Source: Mobula hypostoma
Lineage: Eukaryota
DNA length: 64,000 nucleotides
Assembly (NCBI RefSeq): GCF_963921235.1
Contig: NC_086097.1
Span: 17,546,001 to 17,610,000, forward strand
Direction of reading: 5' to 3'
This document shows, one piece after another, positions 51,967 through 64,000 of this stretch (the first letter of the stretch is position 1; the number at the start of each line of letters is the position of its first letter). Position numbers and translations under genes: made by a program. The notes beneath the pieces are model-generated. The model did no database searches and was not told the DNA's origin. It worked only from the letters and a program-made list of their open reading frames with translations.

Positions 51967-52163
51967 TCAACAAAATAATTATGGACAGCATGTTAATACT
52001 CAGCAATTGACAGGAACATCACGTATGGTGAAACACTTATCAAATGGAAATGGACAGCTACTGTCCAATTCAGTATTTGACAGAAATGGACAGGCACAGG
52101 TTCAGAACCGTTTTGCTACAAATGGACAAGTAATAGCAGAAAATGAAAATGCACTACCACGAG
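51967..52163 (+). CDS. LTBP2: Internal coding exon (197 nt) of the LTBP2-like gene, N/Q-rich linker
   Basis: ttttctcccccaacag acceptor, G|gtgagt donor, open frame; phase-1 end joins the 62136 exon to give PR-G-ANLT. Confidence 0.75.
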
Positions 52164-52846
52164 GTGAGTGACAGAAACAAATATGTACTTTTAATATCAT
52201 TTGATATTTATATTACAACTTCACAGGCATAATCTGATAAACTTTACAAGACCTTTTTCAAATATTTTTTCCCCTTCAGCTGGCCAGTTTGTCACATGAA
52301 TATTTAAAATTACAAGCATACAACCTGGTTTCACAGCAATACTAATTCTTACATTGCTTCTTTCTGAAGCAGTAACAGCTCATGGGTTCCTAAAGCATGC
52401 ACCATTTTGATTTACAAAAGACCACAAAAAGTCCTGAAAATAATCACCAAGCCAGTGGAAAGTTGCTATTCTGAGTTATTAATTTTTCATCAGAATTGGA
52501 GTACTTAAGATTTAAACTATGTTTGAGATGCAGAGAACTCATTAGGTGTATGTTCTCTTCTGCATAAACTGTTACAGCATCCACTATTCAGTTCTGCAAC
52601 TTGAAATAAATTATGAAACAAGTCAAATGTGACTAAAATTTGCATCCATTTTTGGCTGGTTGATGATGTTGTACTTATTTGCAATGTTATTTTTCAATAT
52701 CAAGCAGATGTATATATGCATCATTCATGTTCTCTGATACATTCTCAAATGAAGTACAATTTTTATTATGTATTATAATATATTCAACTAATGTACTTCA
52801 AATGAATAATGGCAGCTAGATGACTACAAGGATTGCCCATCACCCT

Positions 52847-53019
52847 GATTTAGATCACTTTGTAGATATCTGTTTTCACTTTGACATAGAAGAGTCTTTT
52901 TCTGTTGGTCAGTGTCAAGAAAAAAGCCAAATTAAATCCTCTGATTCAGTGTTGTAAAACAACAAAACATGAAAACTTCGGGGGGGGGGCGGTGGTATAA
53001 ATACTTTTTAAGGGCACTG
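52847..53019. mobile_element. Solitary Tc1 terminal inverted repeat
   Basis: Matches 26640-26788; ends ggcactg-TA. Confidence 0.8.
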
Positions 53020-53109
53020 TATATCCATTGAGTCACATATCATGGAAATAAGCCCTTCCGCTCACCAAGTTCATATTAATCAGCAAGCACCCATTTAGAC
53101 TAATACATA

Positions 53110-54545
53110 GACATTAGCAAGACCTTTGACATAACCCTGTGTGGGGAGCTGGTCCAGAAGATTAAGTTGCTTGGCATTCAGGGTGAAGTAGATAGTTGGA
53201 TTCAACATTGGCGTATTGGGAAAAACCAGAGAGAAGATTGTTGTCTCTCTGATTGGAGGCCTGTGATTAGTGTTGTTCCACAGGGATCAAAGCTGGGTCT
53301 GTTGTTGTTTATCATTTATATTAACGATTTAGATGTAAACATGGTAAACTAGATCAGCAAATTTGTGGAAGACACCAAGTCTAGGGGCATAGTTACAGAG
53401 AAAAGGCAGGAAAATGGGGTTGAGAGGGATAATAAATCAGACATGATGGAATGGAGGATCATCGATGGGCTGAATGGCGGATCATTGATGGGCTGAATGG
53501 CCTAATTCTGATCCTATGTCTTATGGTCTTATTGTAGTGGGCAGTAGGGAAGGCTAGGAAGGCTCTCAATATTTGCAAATAGATCTGAACCATCAGAGAA
53601 AAGGGTCTGAAAAATAGCAGATACAATTTAACGTAGATAATGTGAGATGTTCTAATTTTTGAGGACACACCAGAGTAATACTTTCACAGTGAATGGTAGT
53701 GCACTGAGATGCACAGTAGAAGAAAGGGATCTGGTAATACAGATCCATTGTTCCTTGAAAGTGGCATTACAGGTGGATGGGGTCATAAAGAGAGCCTTTG
53801 GCACATTGGGCTTCATAAATCTAAGTATGCAATACAGGAGTTGGGATGTTATGTTGAAGTTGTTTAAGATTTTGGTGAGGCCGAAATTGGAGTATTGTGT
53901 GCAGTTCTGATCATCTACCAACAGGAAAGATATCAATTAGCTTGAAAGAATACAGAGAAAACTTTGAAGATGTTGCTGGGACTTGAAGGCCTGAGCCATA
54001 GGAAAAGGTTGAATAGAACAGAGCCTGGAACAATGCAGCACAGGATCAGGCCCTTCAGTCCACAGTGTTGTGCCAGACCAATTACTTTAGTATTTATATG
54101 GCCAACTAATTTTTTCTGCCTTCTAATCGGTTAGGACTTTACTCAGTGGAGTGCAGGAGAATGAGGGGAGATCTTAGAGGTATACAAAATTAGGAGGGTA
54201 TAGATGGGGTAAAAGCACTCAGGCTTTTTTTGCTTGAGGTTGAGCGAATCTAGAACTAGCAATCGTATGTTTAGGGTGAAACATAATATGTTTAGGGTGA
54301 AAGGTGAAATATTTAAGAGGAATGTGTGGGGGACCCTCTTCACTCAAGAGTGTGGTGCGACTGAGGAACAAGCTGCCAGTGGAAGTGGTTGATGCAGATT
54401 TAATTGAACATTTAAGAGCAGTTTGGACAGATACATGGATAGGTGGAGTTTGGAGGGATGTGGTCCACGTACAGATAGATTGGACTAGGCAGAAGATCAG
54501 GATGACACAGATTAGGTGGGCTGAGTACTTAATGACTCTATGAAA
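53110..54545 (+). mobile_element. CR1 RT/3' fragment with small nested CR1 tails
   Basis: VPQGS.LGLLLFIIYINDLD; LVRPKLEYCVQF. Confidence 0.8.
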
Positions 54546-54684
54546 CCAATCCTATTTTATTCTCCACACATTTGGTTTTATCTACCAAAATAAATGAGTT
54601 CACATTTTTTTCTTGTAGCATTTCACCTGCCATGTCTTTACTCATGCACTTGTAAGAATTGTGGTAAAGACTTTCTGCAGCTAC

Positions 54685-55745
54685 AAGACCTGAGAGTTAA
54701 AGCATCCTCCTGCAACTGTATTTTCGACTTTGTAATCAGCAGACTGTAATCACTAAGGATAGGCAGCAATACCTCTGCCATGATTATTTTCAACACGGGT
54801 GCTCCACAAGGTTGCATCCTTAGCTCACTATTTTGCTTCATGTATGCCCATGACAGCATGCCCACATTCTGCAAGTTTGCAGATAACATTATAGTGGGCG
54901 GTATTTCAAATAACAATGAGTCAGAGTTTAGGAAGGAGATAGAGAGCTTACTAACATGGTGTCATGACAGTAAGCTTTTACTCAATGTCAGCAAAACAAA
55001 AGAGATGACTTCAGGATATGGGGCAATGACCATGTTTCTGTCTACAGCAATAGTGCTGAGATTGAAAGGGATGGAAGCTTCAGATTCCTAGAGTGAACAT
55101 CACCGGTTGCCTGTCCTGGTATAAACACGTTAATACTACGACCAAGGTAGCTCACCAAAGCCTCTTATTTCCTAGAGATCAAAAAGATTCCTGTTGACCC
55201 TTATTGATACACCACAGAAAATATCCTACCAGGACATGGATGCATCATTGTCAAGTATAGCTGCATCAGAGTTGTAGAGACAGCTCAAGACATCATGGAA
55301 TCCAGCCTCCCCTCCGTTTACTCTGTCTGTACTTCTCACTACCTCAGAAAAGCATCCAGTATAATTAAAAATACCATCGACACTAGGCATTTTTTCTTCT
55401 CTTCTCTCCTCTCCCATCGACAGAAAATACAAAACCCTGAAAGCATATACCACCAGGCTCAATGACAGCTTCTACCCAACAGTCATAAGCCTTGAATGGT
55501 TCCCAGGTACAATAAGGTGGAACCTGGACTTCACAATCTAACTCTTTATAATCTTGCTCCTTATTGTCTACCTGCATTGCATATTCTCTGTAGCTGTTAT
55601 CCTTCATTCTGCATTCTGTTATTGTTTTTATCTTGTTCTGCCTCAATGTTCTGAGCAATGAATTGATCTGTATGAACAGTATGCAAGACTAGCTTCTCAC
55701 TGTACCTCAAAACATGTGTCAGTCATAAACCAATTCCAATTGTAA
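54685..55745 (+). mobile_element. Rex1/Babar LINE RT and 3' end
   Basis: NTGAPQGCILS.L.F..Y.HD, KFADN..VG.ISNN.ES, LNVSKTKEM; (accaatt) tail. Confidence 0.82.
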
Positions 55746-56114
55746 AAGTATCCTCATTGTTACAAAGTACAGAAACAACCTCTTGGCTCAGTGATACTAT
55801 GAACATATCTTTAAATGTATCCTTCATTAATCTTCTTTTCTTTAATTCTTCCATATTCTTAGCAACTTCTTCAAATTCTATCACGTGCCTACACAGTAAG
55901 GACAATTTTCAAAGATAAATTAACTGCTAACTAAAACTTATTTGTGATGTGGAAGGAAACTTGAGATTATAGAGACCATTTAAGCTCTACACAAGATTGT
56001 ACCTGGATCTTTAGAGCTGAGGCAGTAGCTTTTTCAGATATGTCACTGTGCTGCACATACTGCCTTTTAACTTTATATCATCAGCATACTATGAAATATT
56101 ATACTTGATAAAAG

Positions 56115-57610
56115 CAGGCACTATTTTCTAAATGTGGAGAAAATTCAAAAATCAGACATGCAAATGGTCTTGGAGTCCTTGTGGAGGATTCCCTAAAGGT
56201 TAACTTGTAGGTTGAGTCATTGGTAAGGAAGGCAAATGCAATGCTAGCATACATTTTGAGTGGACTAGTATATAAGAGTGAGGATGTGTTGCTGAGGCTT
56301 TATAAGGCATTGGCCAGACTGCACTTGGAGTGTTGCAAGCAGTTTTGGGCCTCTTATCTTCTTTAAGAAAGGATGTGCTGGCATTGGAGACAGTCCAGGG
56401 GAGGTTTAGGAAAATCATTCCAGGAATGAAAGGGCTAAAGTATGGGGAGTGTTTGATGGCTCTGGATCTGTACTTGCTGGAGTTCAGAAGAATGAGGGTA
56501 GATCAAGCTGCAACCTATCAAATATTGAAAAGCCTGGATAGAGTGGATGTGGAGGAGATATTTCCTTGTGTGAAGGGTTCTAGGACCCGAGGGCACAGGT
56601 TCGGAATACAAGGGCATCCCTTTAGAACAGAGATGAGCAGGAATCTCTTTAGCCAGAAGGTGGTGAATCTGTGGAATTCATTGCCATGGATGGCTGTGAA
56701 GACCCAAGTCATTGAGTATATTTAGAGAGGATGTTGATAGGTTCTTGATTAGTCACAGCATCAAAGGTTACAGGAGGAACACAGGAGAATGGGGTTGAGA
56801 TGGATAATAAATCAGCCATGATAGAATGGCGGAGCAGTCTCTATGTTCTTGTAATGCCCTGGTTAAGATTTCTACTACTAATATTGCAGGGTATTTCATT
56901 TAATATCTTTCTATAAAAGCAGTGTGTCTTGCCGGTAGAATGTTTCGGTTTTGGGTAAAGGTAAGGGGATATGATATTCAAGTTAGGAATGTTGTGTCAG
57001 CCAATCAGGATGGTGGAATTGGGAGAAGGTTCTAGAGAGAGCTGGGCGGAGGGGTTTGTGATGGACACTGGGGGGGTTCGAGGTCTTTTGGCAGGAGATG
57101 TGGAGAAAAGATGGGGAGAGACAGCCTTAGGATTTGATCCAATGGGAAGATGCAATTTCAAGGAGTGCTTTTCAAGGTGAAGGAGTCCAACATGGGAAGC
57201 TCTACCGCTGATTGGCGATGAGAAATCAACGCCGTAACGGTTATACCTAGATTTGGAAGATATGAGCTCCAATGTCATGCGCACATTTAGACACGTTTAA
57301 CTGTAATGGGCCCTTTTTTTTCTTTCACTTAATTACTCTTTGATAAAGCTGAAATTAGTAAATGTACTTTTGTTATAATTTTATGCGGTGTATGATGGGT
57401 TATTTTTTGCTGACTGATAATTGTGTATGGATAGTATTTTTCAGAGCATTTGCTCAAATCGAGCTTCTGTTAATTGGAAAATCCCAACTTTCCTGTTTGG
57501 TTGAACCACAAATCACACCAACCCGAGACGTGGCTGTTAGCTGTCTACTATCGAGCCAAGTTTGTTTACGGGCCCGGTGATTGGGTCACACTCCTATGTC
57601 TTATGGCTTT
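56115..57610 (+). mobile_element. CR1 3' fragment with a solo LTR in its tail
   Basis: LRKDVLALETVQ.RF...; ctcctatgtcttatgg resumes at 57591. Confidence 0.82.
56850..57590. mobile_element. Solo LTR (~740 bp)
   Basis: tgtaatgccc...gggtcaca termini interrupting the CR1 tail; no clean TSD. Confidence 0.6.
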
Positions 57611-58309
57611 ATAAATTTCCTAATCCTTACCATAAATATAGATTGCGGGGTCCCATCATCGAGCTTTGCAGCACTCTACTTGCCCAACATCTTAGTCTGC
57701 AATTGCCCTCAATACTGTATGCTGTAGTGTTGTTTAATAGGTTAGGGGCGGTATTCAAGAGAATTCACGTTGAGTCTCTTAAGTGGAAGTCAGTTTCTTA
57801 AACAGCTGTTTCTTTGCGGCTGTTTAGATGACGCTTCATGGCTGTTTCATAGAATCATGTTCGATCTGCAAAAGGGAACCTGAATTTTCAGCTGCCTGTC
57901 ACTTTATTTTTCCATCCAACTCCTATTCTGATTCCTGAAAATTGTCTCTAACACTAATCTGGCCTAATTTACTATAAGTTTAAGGAACCACATCAGTTCT
58001 ATTTGATATATTAACTCAATATGTTTAGTAATCATATAATCTAGGGCTGTATCTCAAATTACCAGCATTCAACAGTCTTTCTTCCTCCTCTACTGAAGTT
58101 TTAGATTCCATTCCATCAGATTTCCATTTTCACAATCCCCTCTTCCAGACCCAGATAGCTATTCATTCTTAACATCCTCTTTTTCAGTTAGTGCTACCAT
58201 AATTTGTGTCTTTCAATCCCTTATGGCTTTAACCTTCCTTTTTGTTCTCTCCATCCCTTCAAACTCTCTACAACTGGAAACTAGTTTTAATCAATTGTCT
58301 TTTATGAAA

Positions 58310-58625
58310 ATTGGGAAAAGTTATTGACCTAGAACCTATAGTGTGGTGGCTAGAATTGCACACAATACTCAAGTACAGCTTAATCAACATTTTGTACAAC
58401 TGTAATGTGGTATTGCCATTTATATACTTAGACTCTTGCCTGATGAATATAAGCATGATAAGTGTCTTTCTCACCGCCCTGTGTACCCATTTTCTCACTA
58501 TCTACTTGTACCCCAAAGTCTCTCCGTTCAACAACAATCCCTCGGGCCTTGTCATTCACTGTGCATTCCCTGGGCGAGCTTAACTTTCCAAAATGCATCA
58601 CTTCCCGGTTATCTAATTTGAATAC
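58310..58625 (-). mobile_element. CR1 RT fragment
   Basis: EVMHFGK...ERRDFGVQV; LQLYKMLI. Confidence 0.65.
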
Positions 58626-59552
58626 CTCTCTAAATATTGCCACGATGATCTTCCAAATAAATACTCTCTTAACGCAACCTCTGATATACTTGAAGCATCA
58701 GTGCTCTCAAACATTGACTTGGCAGTCCTTTCCATCTCTCACCTACATTTCTGTATAAGCTATAATATCTCAATTCCATGTTTTGTGCTCATCTGCTTAA
58801 CGTTGAGTTTTCTTGCATTGAAGTAAATACAGCTTAGCCTGTCAGACCTTCCATATTCATTTCCTGCCAATCTGACTTGATTGCTCTAACCTCAATATTT
58901 ACTTCAACTACTACTTTAGGTTTGATCCTCTACCAGATTAGTTTAAACTGACCAGAGTAGCTCTAACAGGTCTTCATGCAGAGATATAAATCCCCCTCCA
59001 ATCCAAGTGCTACCTGTTGTTCTTGTATAGTTCACATTTGTTGCAGAAATGATCCCAATGATCCAAGTAGCCTTTGTGCCTGAAATAGCTCTTCAGCGAC
59101 ATACTCATCTGCTCTACCTCACTATAATTACTCACCCCGTTCAGAATATCCTACACCATTGGCCTCTATTTCAAATCTCTTTTCTATATGGCATCATACT
59201 TTTGAAGTGTATCATGTATTAATATCCACAATGGTCAAACTAGGTCACTCTAAACTTTTCAAAGCTTTAAAAAAAACTGTTGAATCCTTTCTGAGAGTTA
59301 TAACTTCTCAGTTTAGTTAATAAAATTAGAACCAGAGATGTGTATACTTTGATAATAAATGAATGTTTGAACCTTTGAAAAGCCAGCTGGATCATTCCCA
59401 TTTATTTTGCATTGTTGCACAATGTCAGTAGAAATTTATAGACGATTTGAATGATTTTTTAAAAATTTCACACATTTACCTTGTTTCCGCATGTATGTAT
59501 GCATACATTTAGTATGTCACATTAGCTCCTTTTTTGCAAAGTCACTGGTGGT

Positions 59553-59702
59553 ATTGTGGGCTGGAGGGCCTGTTTCCCTGCTGAACTTCCCTAAAGCTTG
59601 TTCATAAAGCTTGTTCAGTTAAATTAATCATTTATAATACATGATTTAACTGAACAAGCTTTAGGATAGTTCAGCAGAGAAACAGGCCCTTCAGCCCTCA
59701 AT
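59553..59702. repeat. Inverted repeat (~62-bp arms) at a CR1 3' end
   Basis: 59553-59631 complements 59641-59702; left arm carries a 13-bp duplication. Confidence 0.85.
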
Positions 59703-61340
59703 GTTCTGCTGAACTAAGTAAGTTAGTAATCAACTGGCCAGCTAAACTAATCTCTTCTGCCTACATAATCAATATTGCCTTTAATTTTCCTTACATTCAT
59801 GTGCCCATTTAAATGTCTTTTAAAAGCTTCAATATTTCTGCCTCTACCACCACCCCAGGTAGCACATTCTTGGCAGCCACTACTCTCTCTCTTTTAAAAA
59901 AAAAAGTTGCCTTAACATCTCCTTTGTTTTTACCCCCTCTCACCTTAAATGTATGCCCTCTGCTATTAAACATTTCAACCCTTGGAAAAAGATATTGTCT
60001 GTCTATCTATGCCTCTCATGATCTTATTAACCTCTATCAAGTGTCCCCTCAGCCTACCAGCACTCTAAAGAAAGCAACCCCAATTTGTCCATCCTCTTAT
60101 TATAGCACAAACCTCTTCTGCACCCTTTTCAAAGCCTCAACATCCTTCCTATAATGGGGCAATTAGAGCTCCATGCAGTTCTCCAGATGCAGCTTAACTA
60201 GAGTTTTATAAGGCTGCAACATAACTTCCTGACTATTGAACTAATAAAGGAAAGCATGTCATATGCCTTTGTAAGCATCTTATCAACCTGTGCAGCCACT
60301 CTCAGGAGCTATGAAATTGGACCCCAAGATCCCTCTGTTGATCAACACTTCCAAGGATCTTTAACAGTTTACTGTCTCTTTGCATTTGACCTACTAAGGT
60401 GTAACACTTCACATTTGGCAGGGTTAAACTCCATCTGCCATTCCTCTGCCCACATCTGCAGCTGATCTATATCCCATTGTATTCTTTGCCAGTCTTCTAC
60501 ATTATCAACAACATGACCAATCTTCATTTCATCTGCAAACTTATTAAGCCACCCATCTACATTTTCCTCCAGGTCAGCTATATACATGACAAACAACAGA
60601 GGTCCCAGTACTGAACCCTGTGGAACACCACAGAGCTCCAGCTAGATTAAGTCCTTTTAATCACTACCCTCTGTCTTCTATGGGCTAGCAAGTTCTGAAT
60701 CCATTCAGCCAATTCATCATGAATTCCATGCATCATAGTCTTCTGGATGAGTCTCCCATGAGGGACCTTGTCAAATGCCCTACTAAAATAAATGTAGACA
60801 ACATACATAGCCCTATCTTCATCAGTCACCCTCGTCACCTCATCAAAAAACTCAAAACACATTAGTAACGCACAACTTGCCTCACACAAAGCCATACTGG
60901 CTTTCTCCCAGTGGGCAATGGTTTTCCAAATGTTTATAATCCTATTCCTAAGAATTCTCTCCAGTAAATTCCCTATCATTGTCGTGAGACTCACTAGCCT
61001 ATAGTTTCTAGGATTATCGCTTGTTCCCTTCTTGAATAATGGGGCAACATTAGCTACTCAGCAGTCTGGTGGGATCTTGCCTCGGGCCTCAATACACTTA
61101 GCAGTGATCTCTCTATCCTCCATGTCCTTCCCCTTGTTAAATATTGATGTAGAGTGCTCATTAAGGACCTTGCCCACATTTTCCATATCCAAACAAATGT
61201 TCTCCTTGAATGCTCCTACCCTCTCTCTAATTATCCTCTTGCTCTTGATCTATGTATAGAACGCCTTGGGATTTTCTTTAATCGTACTTGCCAAGGAATT
61301 TTAATAGCTTCTCCTGGCTTTCCTAATTCACCTTCTTGGT
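59660..61340 (-). mobile_element. 5'-truncated CR1
   Basis: NKFADE.KIG.VVD, F.RAFDKVPHGRL. Confidence 0.85.
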
Positions 61341-61854
61341 GACATAATATTATAATAAATATGAAAATACTTTGGCCATCTAGAAACTGTTGATTAATAT
61401 ATTATCTCTGAATTTCATTTTGAATACTAAGAAGATAATTGAAATGCATGGTTTAATATCAGTGTTTGATCTGTTCGAAACTAAATTATACATGCAAAAA
61501 AAATCATTGTCAAATACATGTCTGAATGTAAACTGTAAAAATCGATTGGCAGTGATAAGGTCAAGTGTGCATTTTACTTGGATCTAATTTTTGAACAGCT
61601 AGACAGTGTGAAGATTATTTTTGATATTAGTCATATTGGATATGATTTGAATTTTGAGAGCTTCAATTATGTAGCCTTTGTACAATATGAACATTATCAA
61701 TTTTCTGCTGTTTTGGTGGCTTTTTTTGTTTGGTACAATGTTAACAGTCAACAATCTACATATCATCATACTTGACATCTTATCTAATGTCTACTTTGTT
61801 CCATGGCAAATATTTTTGCACACTATCTAATTTTCTGTTTTCATATGGCATTAA

Positions 61855-62072
61855 AACTGCCTGTAAGGAGTTTGCACATTCTCTCCATCGCTGTGTGGAT
61901 TTCCTCTGGGTGCTCCGGTTTCCTCCTGCAGTCCAAGGACATACTGGTTGGTAGGTTAATTAGTCACTGTAAATTGTCCCATGATTAGGCTAGCGTTAAA
62001 TTGGTGGGTTGCTGTGCAGCATGGCTCAAAGGGCCAGAAGGGCCTACTGTATGCTATATCTCAATAAATAAA
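61855..62072 (+). mobile_element. V-SINE (HE1-like)
   Basis: ggagtttgcacattctc...gggtgctccggtttcctcc..cagtccaa...aataaataaa. Confidence 0.8.
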
Positions 62073-62135
62073 TCACTTTGCCAAGCTTTTCAAGTTTATA
62101 TTTTGCTTATCTTCTGAACTTGTTATATCTTGCAG

Positions 62136-62306
62136 GAGCAAATCTGACAGTTAATGTAGGAACAATAAAAATAATCTTCACACCGACAATTTGCAAACGC
62201 CAGTGCAGAAATGGAAAGTGTACCAACAATTGTAAGAAAGGTGATCCAACCACCCTTTACAGTGAAAATGGTTATGGTCCTGTGTCCAAATCTGGCTTTC
62301 GAATCT
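62136..62306 (+). CDS. LTBP2: Internal coding exon (171 nt) of latent TGF-beta binding protein 2, 4-Cys domain
   Basis: ttgcag acceptor, gtaagt donor; GANLT..VGTIKIIFTPTICKRQCRNGKCTNNCKKGDPTTLYSENGYGPVSKSGFRI matches recalled LTBP2 NLT...IKIVFTPTICK...GDTTTLYS...KSGFRI better than LTBP1. Confidence 0.88.
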
Positions 62307-63544
62307 GTAAGTAAATATATGGTTACTGATTTTTGTAAAATATAAAAGTCTTAATTTATTTATAGCTATATTCAGAATTGTAAACTACTGGGCAAGTAAC
62401 CAATTGCAATAGGTGGCAATTCAGTTGATCCAGCAGATTAATTTGTAACTTCAAACTAAAATGTTACAACGTTTGATCAGACAGTTAAGGGCAGTTAAAG
62501 GCAAAATTAATTTGGTCAAACATTAGACTCTTATCAAAAGCCCTTTTGTAAGACGAGATATTTTGAGATTTGGGTCTCATTTGCTTATTACCAACAAGAG
62601 GAATCAGCCTTTGCTTGAAGCCCTCCAGCAAGAAGAGAAGGTTAAGATGGAGGTAAAGTGGAGTAGGAAGAACAAGTGGGAGAAGAGGAGGATGTTGGTA
62701 ATGTGACAAAGAAATAGCCTCTCTTGATGTATCTTGTTGACTATAGATCTTTTAAAAGACCTCACTCCACTGGCTTTATTCCAAAGTATGGCTTTTGTCT
62801 TCAATAATCAAAGTCCCATGGTGAGAATGTTATACTTTAATGGACTTAGACTAGTACTCACCTTTGTAATCTGTAATCACTGTCCACAGTACAGTAAAAA
62901 CTGCAAATAGATTGTGCTATGTTCATCAATATATTCTGAAAGATATGCCTTCCTTCAGGCCATATGATTCACAAGGCATGGAAAGAAGCTTTTCAGCCCA
63001 CCAAATCTACAATATAGACACATACTACCCTCTCCATATACCCAACAATCACCCCTACCTGACCTACACTTGCCAACCTACTAGTGGCAATTTATAATAA
63101 GCAATTAACCTAGCAAACCACATATATTTGATATGTGGGAGGAAACCACAGAACTGAGGGGAGCATGGAGTGCTATTTGGGGTGGGCAATAAGAACCCAT
63201 GCATTCCCTGAAAGAGCATACAGATTCTTTACCGTAAACTTAAATGGTCAAAATTGAATCTGGGTCACCAGGGCTGTGAGGCAGCAGCTCTACCAACTCT
63301 ACTCTATAGTAATATTCTATACATTGCTACATGAATATACTTTAAAAGAATTCCATTTTTTCAGCCATACATTTATAATATTTCTTTCTTTATGAAGGTC
63401 TCAGTCCAGGTAGTTTGAGAGATAGATGATGTGCCCTTGTGATAGGTGGTGTTGATTGTGTTATCACATAACACTTACAAATAGTCTACTCGTTAATTCT
63501 CAGTTTAAATTTTTCAAGAACTACAATTCCAGTTTTCCTTAACA

Positions 63545-63945
63545 GACCTAGTTTAAATATAAACAAAGGAGGTGAACTCCAGAAGTGAAGTGAGAGTGAG
63601 TGCCCAAAGTATCAAGATGGCATTTGACTAAGTGTTACATCAAAGCACTTGGGTGGAGTTAAACTTACTGGGAATCAAGGGGAAAATAATCAATAGCTAG
63701 AGTTACATCTTGCATAAATAAAGATGTATGTAGTTTCTGGAGGTCAGCTATCCCAAGACATTGCTGTAAAAGTTTTTCAGCTCTGTCCTAACCTCCTTCA
63801 GCAGCTTCAACAATGAACCTTCTTCCATCATAAGTTCAGAAGTGAGTAAGCTTGCAGATGATTTCACAATGCTCATTTCCATTTGCAACTCCTCAGAAAA
63901 TGAAGCATGTATGTAGTAAGCGTGAGACCTCATTCAGGTCCATAC
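63545..63945 (+). mobile_element. Old CR1-like RT fragment
   Basis: gcatttgact.agtgt.acatca; gtaagcttgcagatgat (ADD). Confidence 0.5.
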
Positions 63946-64000
63946 CTCATTTGACATTTTGATAACTGTAATACAAAATATGTGTCACACCACTGCTGAA

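Noticed and set aside
51947..52171. Standalone 74-aa gene (also 62078-62314)
   Set aside because: ORF ends overlap polypyrimidine tracts and splice sites; these are internal exons
57790..57905. Possible conserved enhancer
   Set aside because: Non-repetitive and motif-like, but conservation cannot be assessed from this sequence alone

Overview
Eukaryotic, repeat-dense vertebrate DNA. The repeat families (HE1/V-SINE-like, CR1, Rex/Babar, Neptune-type Penelope) suggest a cartilaginous fish, probably a ray; this is inference. The window lies inside an LTBP2-like gene on the + strand: two phase-compatible coding exons (51967-52163, 62136-62306) follow at least 52 kb of apparent intron. Most of the rest is decayed, often nested transposons: a full-length CR1 and many CR1 fragments, a BovB-like RTE LINE, a Gypsy element lacking RT/RNase H, solo LTRs, a 1.6-kb Tc1, 61-65 bp palindromic MITEs and tRNA-derived SINEs. 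The most notable hidden signal is about 11 copies of a minimal type I hammerhead ribozyme motif in Penelope terminal repeats. Two have intact cores, and one of these is locked head-to-head with its own antisense copy. Most short ORFs in the track are repeat artefacts. Boundaries of old repeats were set by eye and are approximate.
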